Source of the DNA: Planctomycetota bacterium
Lineage (GTDB): Bacteria > Planctomycetota > UBA1135 > UBA2386
Assembly (NCBI GenBank): GCA_965223545.1
Contig: OZ245006.1
Coordinates: forward strand, 2,112,001-2,176,000
DNA length: 64,000 nt
Direction: 5' to 3'
Shown one piece after another: positions 17,834 to 27,546 of this stretch. The notes beneath the pieces were generated by a model that ran no database searches, was not told the origin of the DNA, and worked only from the letters and a program-made list of their open reading frames with translations. Within the stretch, counting starts at the first letter, position 1, and every line of letters begins with the position of its first letter. Both the position numbers and the translations under genes were made by a program.

Positions 17834-19918
17834 TCATTGCACGCTGACCACCTGGCCCGCGGACGACAGCGACCACACCGGCTCGTTTTCTTCCAGGGCC
17901 GACGGCGGCGCGATGCCACCCTCTTCGAGGATCAGACCGCGATCCATCATCGCCACCCCGGTCTGGAAGCCGGCCAGCAGCTCGTTGTTCTCATCGAGGA
18001 TCGCGGCGGCCGGGCGCTTGCGGCACGCCACTCCACCCAGGCGACGGATCGATTCCTTGAGCCATGTCGATGGATCCTGCACCAGCGACTCGTCGACGTA
18101 GACGTCGCCCGTGTCCTCGGTGACCGACAGCACCTCGAAGCCGATCTTGCCGCCCAAGCTCATCAGCGAAGCGTTGAGCTCGACCCGGCTCGGCATCTCC
18201 AAGCCGTAGAGAATGTCATCCTGCGCAACGACGCCGAGCACGGAGCTGCCGTCGTACGCCGGGTTCGAGTCGTACGGCTGGTCCGGGTCGGTCCCGTTCA
18301 GCATCCGCGTATCCCCCTCGTCGTCGACGTACTGCAGCGAGCCCGTCAGCGTGATCTTGCCGTTGGAGACGATCGTCATCTGGCCATTGAGCTGCCCCGA
18401 CAAACGACGCACCGAGCCCTCGAAGTAGACCAACCCGTTCGCCGCCGTCGTCTCCGACCGCACCAGCTCACCGGGCACCAGCTCCGTCTCGGTGTAGGTG
18501 TACTCCTCCTCGATGTAGACCGGCTCATCGGCGTACTTCGTGACGGTCTCGTAGTGCGAGAACACCTCTTCCTCGACCTGCACCGTCTGCGTCCCCGTTT
18601 GCACCAGCTGCGTCGTTTCCTCGAGCACGGTCTCGTAGCCGACGACGACGAGATTGGTCTCGGTGCGGGTCACGGTCTCGGTGCCGACCTGCACTTGCTG
18701 GGTGGTCGTGATCTCGGTCTCTTCGTAGTGCGAGATGTAGGTCTCGGTGACCTCTTCCCAGCTGGTCACCGTCTCCCAGTGGCCGGTGACGGTATCCTCG
18801 TTGCCGCCGCCGACGCTGATGCCGCCGCTGATCTCTTCTTCGGTCGGCGGCGGATCCTCGACCCAGACCTCCTCGGTGACCTCGACCAGCACGGTGCGCT
18901 CGGCGTAGACCGGGGTCAGCGCCGTCGTGGTCACGGTCTGCTCCTCGTAGATCGGCACGGTCTCGGTGATCGTCACCTCTTCGGTGTCGTAGATCGGGTT
19001 CGTCACCTCGATGAGGACCACCTCGGTCTCGTAGACCGGCTCCTCCACGTCGTAGACGTTGGTCGTGTAGACCGGCACCTGCTCCTCGTACGGCACCTGC
19101 TCGTAGTGGCTGAAGACCTGCCGGATGCCGGTGCGCTCGACCTCGACCCACTGGTCCTGGGCAAAGAGGTCGACGTGCAACGAGGTGTTGTCGATTGTCA
19201 GCTCCGCGACCAGGTCGTCCACCACCTTGTAGGTGGTCGGCTTGCTGGCGTAGTCGGCCGCGGCCCGGCCGGCGAGCAGCTCCTTGACCGGCGAATGCGG
19301 GTCCGACGGACCGTAGATGCGGGTGTTGCCCTCGGTCGCCCCGGCTTCGTAGCCAAAGCCCTCGCTGGCGGTGACCGAGTCGCGATACAGACCCCACGGA
19401 AAGTAGAACTTCAACTGCCGGTTGGTGTGGATCGCGCCGCGCGGCGCTCCGGACACGCCGAGCGGGTGGTCCTCGACGAAGAACGAGTACGAGGTCATCG
19501 GCCGCGTCTCGCGCACGTAGGCCTGCGCGAGCTTGGAAACGCCCTGCTCCTCGCCCCGGGCGCGCAGCCGAAACCACGGCGCCGAAGCGCTGCCGACGCG
19601 CGTCACCATGACCCTGGTCCCAGGCACAAACGGCGGCGCGCTCGAGACCGCCTGCTGCAGGACAGTGTTCTGCCCCGCGACGTAGCTCGATGCATTGACG
19701 ATGTTCTTGGCAATCTCGAGTTCGGCGATCGCCTCGGCCATGGCGCGGTGCGCGTGGTATCGCTTCTCGACCGCTCGCTGCTCACCCATGATCACCGTCA
19801 GCTGCGAGGTGACCACGGTCGCCACCGTGACGAGCATGATCACCAGGACGAGCATCACCGAGCCGGCTTCGGACGATCGCGAGTGGTCGGACAGTGATGT
19901 CGAGGTGGAGTGGCGCAT
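17834..19918 (-). CDS. PilX-like minor pilin with a long T/E/V/Y-rich insertion (start 19918 or 19927)
   Basis: EAG-SVMLVLVIML...AMAEAIAE PilX-type N-terminus; GAIHTN and GLVYFEG...ITLTGSLQY...LGVVA beta-solenoid-like segments. Confidence 0.75.
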   Translation of the reverse strand: MRHSTSTSLSDHSRSSEAGSVMLVLVIMLVTVATVVTSQLTVIMGEQRAVEKRYHAHRAMAEAIAELEIAKNIVNASSYVAGQNTVLQQAVSSAPPFVPGTRVMVTRVGSASAPWFRLRARGEEQGVSKLAQAYVRETRPMTSYSFFVEDHPLGVSGAPRGAIHTNRQLKFYFPWGLYRDSVTASEGFGYEAGATEGNTRIYGPSDPHSPVKELLAGRAAADYASKPTTYKVVDDLVAELTIDNTSLHVDLFAQDQWVEVERTGIRQVFSHYEQVPYEEQVPVYTTNVYDVEEPVYETEVVLIEVTNPIYDTEEVTITETVPIYEEQTVTTTALTPVYAERTVLVEVTEEVWVEDPPPTEEEISGGISVGGGNEDTVTGHWETVTSWEEVTETYISHYEETEITTTQQVQVGTETVTRTETNLVVVGYETVLEETTQLVQTGTQTVQVEEEVFSHYETVTKYADEPVYIEEEYTYTETELVPGELVRSETTAANGLVYFEGSVRRLSGQLNGQMTIVSNGKITLTGSLQYVDDEGDTRMLNGTDPDQPYDSNPAYDGSSVLGVVAQDDILYGLEMPSRVELNASLMSLGGKIGFEVLSVTEDTGDVYVDESLVQDPSTWLKESIRRLGGVACRKRPAAAILDENNELLAGFQTGVAMMDRGLILEEGGIAPPSALEENEPVWSLSSAGQVVSVQ

Positions 19919-20193
19919 TGTCCGCATGATCGGTGTGCACTGCCGAGCGCTTGAACACAATGTGGTCCCGACTTGGACGACCGTACCGACGCCACCGCAG
20001 CCTGCCCGTGACACCGCGCCTGTGGCGGCGCAGCGAACATGCTTTCTTGACCGCGGACATCGCCGAGCGGACTGCGACCGGCGGCGCCGGGCGCGGGCCT
20101 CGACTGGAAATCCCCGGCAGGGATTCTCAGCCAGGGACTGGAGCGATGAGGTTGCGGCGCGCCGCACGCCGATAGCACCGACAACGGTTGGGC

Positions 20194-22044
20194 ATGGCCA
20201 GCCGGATCTCCGCCGTGAAGACCGAACCCAAGTTCATCGACCTGAAGCTGAGCCCCGCCAAGGCGCGGGTGCTCGGTGTGCGCGTCAGTACGCTGAACTA
20301 CTCCGCCCGGCTGATGGGCGTGCAGGAGATCCAGCTGCGGGAGACCGACGATCCGATCATCTCGGTCGAGATCGACCACGAAGGCGGCGTCCACGAGACC
20401 GTCGTTCAGCCGTTGGAGCTCGAGTTCCGCCCAATCCAGTGGGACGACTACCTCGCCATCGGCGCAAAGACCGCGATCTCGGTCAGCGCGTTCTTGGGTG
20501 AGGACCCGAGCCCGCTGTTCCAACGACCGCCGGTCTGCGACCACTGCGGCGACGACCTCGTCCACGACCTGGTGTACGTCTTCCGTCGCGGCGACGAATC
20601 GGACTGCCAGATCGCGCGCGATTGCCTAGTGCAGGCGTTTCCCCACATCCAGGTCGCGCACAACCAGGTCCTCGAGCATGCGGCCCGCGTCGGGCTGTTG
20701 CTCGACGGCATGGTCGACGACGACGAGGAGGATCCCAGTCTCGTCTGGCGCGTCCGCTCGAAGAAGAAGGTCGAGGACCCGAGCCGCAACCTCCATCCGC
20801 ACGTGGTCACGGCGATCGTCGCCGCTTCGGTCATCGCCGGTCTCGGCCTCGGTGTCGGTTGGCGCGCCGCGGATCCGAACGAGCCGGTCACCCAGCAACA
20901 GCAGCAGGCGCGGGCCGGTGGAGCGCAGCGGCCGACCGGCGTCAAGCTCGACTGGAGCTCGAGCGGCGGCGGTGGACCCGGCAGCGGAAGGCGCTTGACC
21001 GCGCTCGAGTCCGCACAGATCGAGCTGTGGGAGCTGCTCAAAGGCCTGCGCGCCGCCGAATCCAGCGATGAACGCCAGGAGCTGCACAACCGGCTCGAGA
21101 CGCGCATGCAACAGCTGTTGCCGGCGTTGCTCGGGCTGCTGGCGGACGCCAATCATCCGATGATCCTGGACGCGATCCGGGTCGTGAAGACCTACAAGGT
21201 GAGCGACGCCCTGCCGATGCTGGCGCATCTGGCGCAGAGCTCGCGCGTCCCGGTGCGCGCGGCGGCGACCGAGGCGGGAGCCAGCTTGAGCGACTGGTGG
21301 CAGGACAAGGCCGCGCCGTTGGTGACAACCAGGGTCGACGGCATCGGTAGCGACGCGTTCTCGATCACGACCGCGGAGTCCAACCCCGACACGCTGCTCG
21401 AAGCGCTCAAGCTCAAGCCTGGGTTGGCGACCGAAGCGGACGTTCTCGCGCTGTGCCACTTCGTCCGCAGCGCCACGCGCGGCATCCAGAAGCTGCAAGG
21501 GATCCGCGCGCTGGCCCGGTTGCAGCCGACCGCGGTGGCCGATCTATGCATCGCCGAGCAACTCAACAGCCATGACTCCGCGGTGCGCCGCGCCGCCCTC
21601 GACGCGCTCGCCAACTTGCCATTCGCGCCCAACGCCAACCACCAACAGCAAAAGCGCGTGATCGACGAGCTGCTGCGCATTGTCACCAACCCGGGCACGC
21701 GCTCCCGCGAGGTGGCCATGGCGTTGCTGGTCATCGAGCGGCGCGGCCACATCCCGGTCGACCAGCTCAAGGAGTACGTCGACCGCATGGCGCCGGCGCT
21801 GCAGGTCCTGGTTGCGCGCTGCTTGGTGACCGGCGGCGAACGTGAGGGTGCGCAGCTGGCGACATCCTTGCTGGCGCAGGATCTCAGCGGCAACACCTAC
21901 GCGGGCCGCGAGGCCGTGGCTCTCTTGGAGGACCTGTCCGGACTCCACCACGGCACCGACGTCGAGGCATGGAACGCCTGGATCGATCGGCAGGACATCT
22001 TCCGCCCGAGCCAGTTGGCACGGCCCCCGGCGCCATCCTGGTAG
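20194..22044 (+). CDS. Membrane-anchored HEAT-repeat protein with N-terminal Cys motif
   Basis: CDHC...CQIARDC, one TM segment, VRAAATEA / VRRAALDALA HEAT units, HGTDVEAWNAW C-terminus. Confidence 0.7.
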   Translation: MASRISAVKTEPKFIDLKLSPAKARVLGVRVSTLNYSARLMGVQEIQLRETDDPIISVEIDHEGGVHETVVQPLELEFRPIQWDDYLAIGAKTAISVSAFLGEDPSPLFQRPPVCDHCGDDLVHDLVYVFRRGDESDCQIARDCLVQAFPHIQVAHNQVLEHAARVGLLLDGMVDDDEEDPSLVWRVRSKKKVEDPSRNLHPHVVTAIVAASVIAGLGLGVGWRAADPNEPVTQQQQQARAGGAQRPTGVKLDWSSSGGGGPGSGRRLTALESAQIELWELLKGLRAAESSDERQELHNRLETRMQQLLPALLGLLADANHPMILDAIRVVKTYKVSDALPMLAHLAQSSRVPVRAAATEAGASLSDWWQDKAAPLVTTRVDGIGSDAFSITTAESNPDTLLEALKLKPGLATEADVLALCHFVRSATRGIQKLQGIRALARLQPTAVADLCIAEQLNSHDSAVRRAALDALANLPFAPNANHQQQKRVIDELLRIVTNPGTRSREVAMALLVIERRGHIPVDQLKEYVDRMAPALQVLVARCLVTGGEREGAQLATSLLAQDLSGNTYAGREAVALLEDLSGLHHGTDVEAWNAWIDRQDIFRPSQLARPPAPSW

Positions 22045-22252
22045 CGAACTCCGGGACATCGGCGAACGAGGGGGCGGGGGGTACGCCCGCTGCGACCGGA
22101 CGGTCACCGCCGCCGTTTCGCACGGGTACGCGGAGCCAGTCTCGAGATCATCGACCGGCGGCCTCCGCGATTGGCCCGAAACGGGCCCGGGTCCGCGTCA
22201 AGGCCTCACCGGCGGCGGCCGATATCCCGCACGGGGTACTCCGGAGGAACAC

Positions 22253-23401
22253 ATGAGAGCCATCGTCGGACACAGCGACGACATCGACACCCGCGACGCG
22301 GTCGCGGAAATCGTTTCACAATGCGAAGCGCAGCTCGACGGCGAACAGCCCGTGGCGGCTCTCGTGTTCATGAGCACCGACTACGAGCACGCGGTGGCGC
22401 TCGACCTGCTCGACAAGCGTTGGCCCGGCCTGCCCTTGATCGGCGGCAGCACCGATGGCGAGCTGTCATCCGAGCGCGGCTTTCAGCGCGACTCGCTGCT
22501 GGTCACGCTGCTGGTGGGTGACGAGATCGAGGCCGTCAGCGGGCTGGCCCTCGACCTGTCCGGCGGGATCGACGCGGCCGTCGACCGGGCGGTCGCTGCG
22601 GCTGGCGGCCGCGCGCCGCAGCTGTGCCTCACCGCGTTCGCCCCCACGACCAACAGCACGGCGGTGATCCGGGCACTCGACGCCCGCCTCGCGGGCTGCC
22701 CCGTCCTCGGCGGGCTGACCGCCGACCACCGGGAGTACTCGCGCATGTCCGAGTTCTCGTCGCGCCAGGTGTCCACCGACTCACTGACCACGCTGATGCT
22801 GTTCGGCGACCTGCAGGTGAGCTGGGGCATCGGCTCCGGCTGGTTCCCGATCGGCAGCTGGCACGAGGTCACCGCCACCGACGGCCACGTGGTGTCGTCG
22901 ATCGACGGCAAGCGCGCGATCGACGTGTATCGCGACTACTGGGGCGACGTACCGACCGGCAGCCTCGGCGAGTACCCGCTCGCGGTGTTCCCGGAGGGTC
23001 GCGATGGGCCGTCGTTCTTGCGGGCCGCGCTCGGCTGTGACCCGTCCACCGGGTCCATCCGCTTCGCGGGCGACGTGCCGATGGGATCGCTGGTGCGCAT
23101 CACCGAGGTCCTGCCCGACGGCATCCTGGCGGGGTCCGAGGCGGCGACCAAGGACGCCGTCGCCGGCTACCGCGGCTCCGACCCCGCCCTGGCGCTCGCG
23201 TTCAGCTGCGCCGCGCGCAAGTGGGTGCTCGGCACCAAGGCGGAAGAGGAGGCAGGGCTGTTACACGACAGCTTCTCGAGCATGCGCGCGCAGATCCCGA
23301 TGGCCGGCTTCTACTGCTTTGGCGAGATCGCTCCGTTCCGCCCGGGCGGCGCCACTCAGTTCCACAACGAAACCTGTGTGAGCGTGCTGCTGGGCTCCTA
23401 G
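22253..23401 (+). CDS. FIST-domain signal transduction protein
   Basis: LIGGSTDGE, VLGG, GWFPIG, FSCAARK, GFYCFGEI, FHNET; GGAGGA RBS. Confidence 0.9.
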   Translation: MRAIVGHSDDIDTRDAVAEIVSQCEAQLDGEQPVAALVFMSTDYEHAVALDLLDKRWPGLPLIGGSTDGELSSERGFQRDSLLVTLLVGDEIEAVSGLALDLSGGIDAAVDRAVAAAGGRAPQLCLTAFAPTTNSTAVIRALDARLAGCPVLGGLTADHREYSRMSEFSSRQVSTDSLTTLMLFGDLQVSWGIGSGWFPIGSWHEVTATDGHVVSSIDGKRAIDVYRDYWGDVPTGSLGEYPLAVFPEGRDGPSFLRAALGCDPSTGSIRFAGDVPMGSLVRITEVLPDGILAGSEAATKDAVAGYRGSDPALALAFSCAARKWVLGTKAEEEAGLLHDSFSSMRAQIPMAGFYCFGEIAPFRPGGATQFHNETCVSVLLGS

Positions 23402-23424
23402 TCCGAACTGGGCCTAGTGGTGCG

Positions 23425-24474
23425 ATGCACGAACCACCGCGAGAATCCGACGAGCTTGCCCAGGCCGAGATCCGGCGGCTGCAGAAGGAGATCCGCCGCG
23501 AGCAACGGCGGGCCGAGCAGTTCGCCCGAGAAGCGCGCACTGCGGAGGCCTTCTTCGAGCAGAGCCGCCGGGCCATGCTGCGCACCCACGCCGAGCTCGA
23601 GCGGACGATCGAGCAGCTCGGCGCGACGGCCACCCAGCTCCAACAGCGGGAGAAAGAGCTGCAGCTCCTCAACCACTCGCTGCAGCAGCAAGTCGAGGAA
23701 CGCACCCGTGACCTGACCGCGGCCAAGGAGCGGGCCGAGCGCGCCAACCAGGCGAAGAGCGAGTTCCTCGCCAACATGTCCCACGAACTGCGCACGCCGA
23801 TGCACGCGATTCTGAGCTTCGCTCAGTTCGGTGCCTCGCGCTCGTCGCCGGAGCAACACGGCAGGCTGCACTCGTTCTTCTGGCGCATCCAAACGGCCGG
23901 CGCCAGCCTGATGTCGCTGCTGAACAACCTGCTCGATTTGTCCAAGCTCGAGTCCGCGGAGGTCGCGCTCGACCGGCTGCCAATGTGCTTGACCGACGTC
24001 GCCCGGACGGTCGCCACCGAGTTCTCGGCCCTGCTGGAACAACGCTGCCTGCGGCTGCGCGTGCGGACACCGGAGTCGGTGAGGATCCGAGGAGACGAGA
24101 CGCGGCTCGCACAGGTCGTGCGCAACCTGTTGGGCAACGCCATCAAGTTCTCGACCGATGGCGCCACCATCGACGCGGTCGTGCAAGAGCACGGAGACCG
24201 AGCGCGCCTTTCCATCTCCGACCGCGGCGCCGGGATTCCCGACGACGAGCTCGAGCTCGTCTTCGACAAGTTCGTGCAATCCAGCAAGACCAACACCGGC
24301 GCCGGGGGCACCGGCCTCGGCCTGGCGATCTGCCGCCAGATCGTCCAGCACCACGGCGGCCGCATCCGCGCAACCAACCGGTTGGGTGGCGGCGCGCGAC
24401 TGATCGTCGACCTGCCCACCGGCGAGCTACCGTTGAACGAAACGGCCGCGGCCCTCGCTACCGCGCAGGCGTGA
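23425..24474 (+). CDS. Soluble sensor histidine kinase
   Basis: FLANMSHELRTP, NLLGNAIKF, DRGAGI, GGTGLGLAI. Confidence 0.93.
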   Translation: MHEPPRESDELAQAEIRRLQKEIRREQRRAEQFAREARTAEAFFEQSRRAMLRTHAELERTIEQLGATATQLQQREKELQLLNHSLQQQVEERTRDLTAAKERAERANQAKSEFLANMSHELRTPMHAILSFAQFGASRSSPEQHGRLHSFFWRIQTAGASLMSLLNNLLDLSKLESAEVALDRLPMCLTDVARTVATEFSALLEQRCLRLRVRTPESVRIRGDETRLAQVVRNLLGNAIKFSTDGATIDAVVQEHGDRARLSISDRGAGIPDDELELVFDKFVQSSKTNTGAGGTGLGLAICRQIVQHHGGRIRATNRLGGGARLIVDLPTGELPLNETAAALATAQA

Positions 24475-24476
24475 CC

Positions 24477-25592
24477 TCACACGTCGCGCTCAGTTGCACT
24501 CGCGGCGTTGCTCAGGGCACCGGCCGCCGACAGTAGGTGCCCGACGCGCTCGACCACTCCATTGGACTCGAAGAACTCGAGGTAGCGCTGGCGGGCACGG
24601 TCGACGATGCGCTGGCATTCCTCGGGCCGTGCCAAGTAGTCCCGGCAGACCGCAGCGAGATCACTGCCGTCCCAGGCCACAGGGATGTAGGTCTCACCCG
24701 CCTCGAACAAGTCGGGCACGGTCACCAGGTGCGACACGTCCGGCTTGACCAACAGACAGCCGCGCGCCAAGGCTTCGAAGTCACGCACGCAGAGCTCACC
24801 CCAGCCGAACGGGCTGACGACGAGCTTGGCACGCTCCATGCCGCGCAAGAACGCGCGGCGCGACAGGCCGGCACCGGCCTCGTGCCCGCTGATGTCGATC
24901 GCGAAGTCACGGCCGAGCCCCGCCGCGGCGTCGAGGAAGTCACGCCGATGCTGGGTGTACCAACCGTCCTCGCCGTTGCGCCCGACATTGAGGATGCAGT
25001 GCACGTCAACGGGGCGTGTCCGCAACGGAGCGACGCGCCGGCGCAGCGTCTGGTAGTGCTCGCGGGTGACACCGAGGTTCCAGCTGAGCTGGACTCGGCC
25101 GTCGACGCCTTCGTCGAGATGGGAGCCGAAGTGCCAGTCCGCGAGCTTGGTGCCGCGACGGACCATGAAATCGGTGTGGATGTAGCCGCCGGCCAGATCG
25201 GCCCGGTACAGCGCTCGATCGCGCAGCAGCTGCTTCTTGGCGTAGACGTCGACGAACGGAACGATGCCGAAGAACGGCGACGCCGTGGCGTCGAAGAAAT
25301 CCAGGTACACGATGCGGCTGCGCCCGGGCTCGGCACACCAACGCTCGAAGAAGCGGGTCGTCTCTTCGACCGGCGTGGCCCAGTGGGTCAACACGAACGC
25401 GACTTGCGGGCCGTGCTCGCGCACCGCCGCACCGAGGTCGTCCAGCGTCGGCGCGCGCACGAACGTCGAACGCAACCCAAACGCGCGGAACAGCGCTCGA
25501 CGTTGCCAGCGCAGCGGCTCGACCATCGCACCTTCGACCCCCCAGGGACCCAGCCCGGCGACGAGGCATCGGATCGGAGTGGGACGGCGCAT
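24477..25592 (-). CDS. Glycosyltransferase (GT-B, CgeB/exostosin-like C-terminus)
   Basis: VVSPFGWGELCVRDFEALARGCLLVKPD motif. Confidence 0.8.
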   Translation of the reverse strand: MRRPTPIRCLVAGLGPWGVEGAMVEPLRWQRRALFRAFGLRSTFVRAPTLDDLGAAVREHGPQVAFVLTHWATPVEETTRFFERWCAEPGRSRIVYLDFFDATASPFFGIVPFVDVYAKKQLLRDRALYRADLAGGYIHTDFMVRRGTKLADWHFGSHLDEGVDGRVQLSWNLGVTREHYQTLRRRVAPLRTRPVDVHCILNVGRNGEDGWYTQHRRDFLDAAAGLGRDFAIDISGHEAGAGLSRRAFLRGMERAKLVVSPFGWGELCVRDFEALARGCLLVKPDVSHLVTVPDLFEAGETYIPVAWDGSDLAAVCRDYLARPEECQRIVDRARQRYLEFFESNGVVERVGHLLSAAGALSNAASATERDV

Positions 25593-25601
25593 GACGTCGA
25601 G

Positions 25602-26396
25602 TCAGCGCACGCGCAGCGGGACCGGCATGCCGTCGCGCGAGGCCGGCGTCGCGGCCAGGCATGAAGCAACCGCGGCGACCGACTGCCGGCACGATTCTTC
25701 CGCGTCGAGCCCACGCGCCAAGCCGACCGCGAGGGCGGTCGCGAGGGCACAGCCGGTGCCGTGCACCGGACCGCGATCGAGCCGGGGGTGGTGGAACGCG
25801 AGCTCGTCACGCGCGGTGTAGAACAGGTCCTCGACGGCTTTGCCGTCCGCGTGCCCTCCTTTGACCAGCACGCCACGACAGCCATCGTCCAACAGCGCCC
25901 GCGGCCCCGAAGGCGACAGCCGCTCGAGCTCTGGGAGGTTCGGCGTCGCGATGCTGGCTCGTGGCAACACCGTCCGCCGATAGGCGGCGACCAAGTCCTC
26001 CGACGCCTGCCACCCCCCCGCCGTCGTGCCCAACACCGGATCGACGACGAGCGGCACCTCGAGCAACCCGTTCCGCTCGAGCTCCTGCATGACGTTTGCC
26101 GCGGTCGCATCGGAGGCCAACAGACCCAGCTTTACCGCACCGACCGCACCGTCGGCCACCGCCGCGCCGATCATCTCGGCGAGCAGCTTGGCGCCGACGG
26201 GCTCGACCGCGACGACACCGCGCCGACTCTGCACGGTCAAGCAAGCCGGCACGGTCAGCGCGAAGCCACCGCGGGCCTCGGCGATGCGCGCGTCCAGAGT
26301 CACTCCGGCACCGCCGCACGGGTCGAGTCCACCGATCGCCAGGACGCGGGGACGGGACGAACTGGGAGAATCCGCGGCCATGTCGTTGGCGGTCAT
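25602..26396 (-). CDS. thiD: Hydroxymethylpyrimidine/phosphomethylpyrimidine kinase
   Basis: IGGLDPCGGAG, VVDPV, TPNLPE, VKGGH, HGTGC. Confidence 0.9.
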   Translation of the reverse strand: MTANDMAADSPSSSRPRVLAIGGLDPCGGAGVTLDARIAEARGGFALTVPACLTVQSRRGVVAVEPVGAKLLAEMIGAAVADGAVGAVKLGLLASDATAANVMQELERNGLLEVPLVVDPVLGTTAGGWQASEDLVAAYRRTVLPRASIATPNLPELERLSPSGPRALLDDGCRGVLVKGGHADGKAVEDLFYTARDELAFHHPRLDRGPVHGTGCALATALAVGLARGLDAEESCRQSVAAVASCLAATPASRDGMPVPLRVR

Positions 26397-26439
26397 CGTC
26401 GCCGAACGGCGGCGTCAACGCACGCGGTTTGCCGGCGAC

Positions 26440-27477
26440 TCAGCTCTCGACCAAACCGACCACGGTCGTGCCCTCGACCCCCATGCTGCGGAGAATGTTG
26501 CGCTCCAAGCGTCGCTCGAGGCGCTTGATCGTCCGCTGGTCACCATCGGGGAGCTTGATCGAGCCGCCCGCAATCGAGCCGTGGCCGCCGTACGACCCCT
26601 CGCCGTCGAAGGCGTCGTGGATCAGCTGCCACGCGTCGCGCTCGCGCAGCTCGTCGCGCACCGACACGTGGTACGTCCGCTCGACCATGCCTCCGCAAAA
26701 CACGGCCTGCTTGCCCTCCAGCCGCACCAGCAAGTCGGCGACCTCGGCCACCATCTCCGGGCTGCTCACCCGGCCGATCGAGCACAGCACGACCTTGTCG
26801 TACATGCGCATGTTGGTCAGGGCGTCGCGCAGCGCGCGGTAGTAGGCCAGCGGCAGGGCCGGAGTCGTGATCCGAGCCAGCTTCTGCCGGTCCAGCCGCG
26901 CCATCAGGAACTGATAGGCGCGTTCGTCGAGTTCGCTGGTGTCGCGCGACAGGTCGGCAGTGTCCGTGCGAATGCCGTAGAACAAGCCTGTGGCCACCGC
27001 TGATGGCACCTCCATCCCGAGCTCCATGATGTAGCCGGTGACGATGCTCGAAGTGGCACCGACGTCGGGCCGCACGTCGACGAACCGGGCGTCGTTGGCG
27101 CGCGAGGCATCCGGCGAGACGTGGTGGTCGAGGACGATGTCGACCTGGCGGCCATCCGGCACCGAGGTATGGCCGAACCCCGGCTGAGAGTCGACCAGCG
27201 CGATGCAGTCGAAGCAGTCGAGATCGAGCTCGCCGATCGGCGTCAGGTCGATGCCCAGGCAGGCCACCATCGCCTTGTTCTCGGCCCGCATCACCCTGCC
27301 GACCAAGCCGAAGTCGCTGGGCACGTCCCACGCCTCGCGAGCCAGGTAGCGCAGCCCCATCGCACTGCCCATCGAGTCGGGATCCGGGTTGGTGTGCGTC
27401 AGCACCAGCAAGCGGCGCTTGCCTCGCATCACCTCCGCCAACGCCTCGGTGCGGTTGGGTTGCACTCGCGCTTTCAT
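26440..27477 (-). CDS. DHH family phosphoesterase (NrnA-like)
   Basis: HTNPDPDSMGS, LVDSQ, LDHH, IRTDT, GGHGSIAGG. Confidence 0.9.
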   Translation of the reverse strand: MKARVQPNRTEALAEVMRGKRRLLVLTHTNPDPDSMGSAMGLRYLAREAWDVPSDFGLVGRVMRAENKAMVACLGIDLTPIGELDLDCFDCIALVDSQPGFGHTSVPDGRQVDIVLDHHVSPDASRANDARFVDVRPDVGATSSIVTGYIMELGMEVPSAVATGLFYGIRTDTADLSRDTSELDERAYQFLMARLDRQKLARITTPALPLAYYRALRDALTNMRMYDKVVLCSIGRVSSPEMVAEVADLLVRLEGKQAVFCGGMVERTYHVSVRDELRERDAWQLIHDAFDGEGSYGGHGSIAGGSIKLPDGDQRTIKRLERRLERNILRSMGVEGTTVVGLVES

Positions 27478-27546
27478 GACTCGCCGGGGGGCAAAGGAGA
27501 ACCGCTCGCCCCCTTGCGGGGCTCTTCGGCTCGCCAGCACCCGCGT

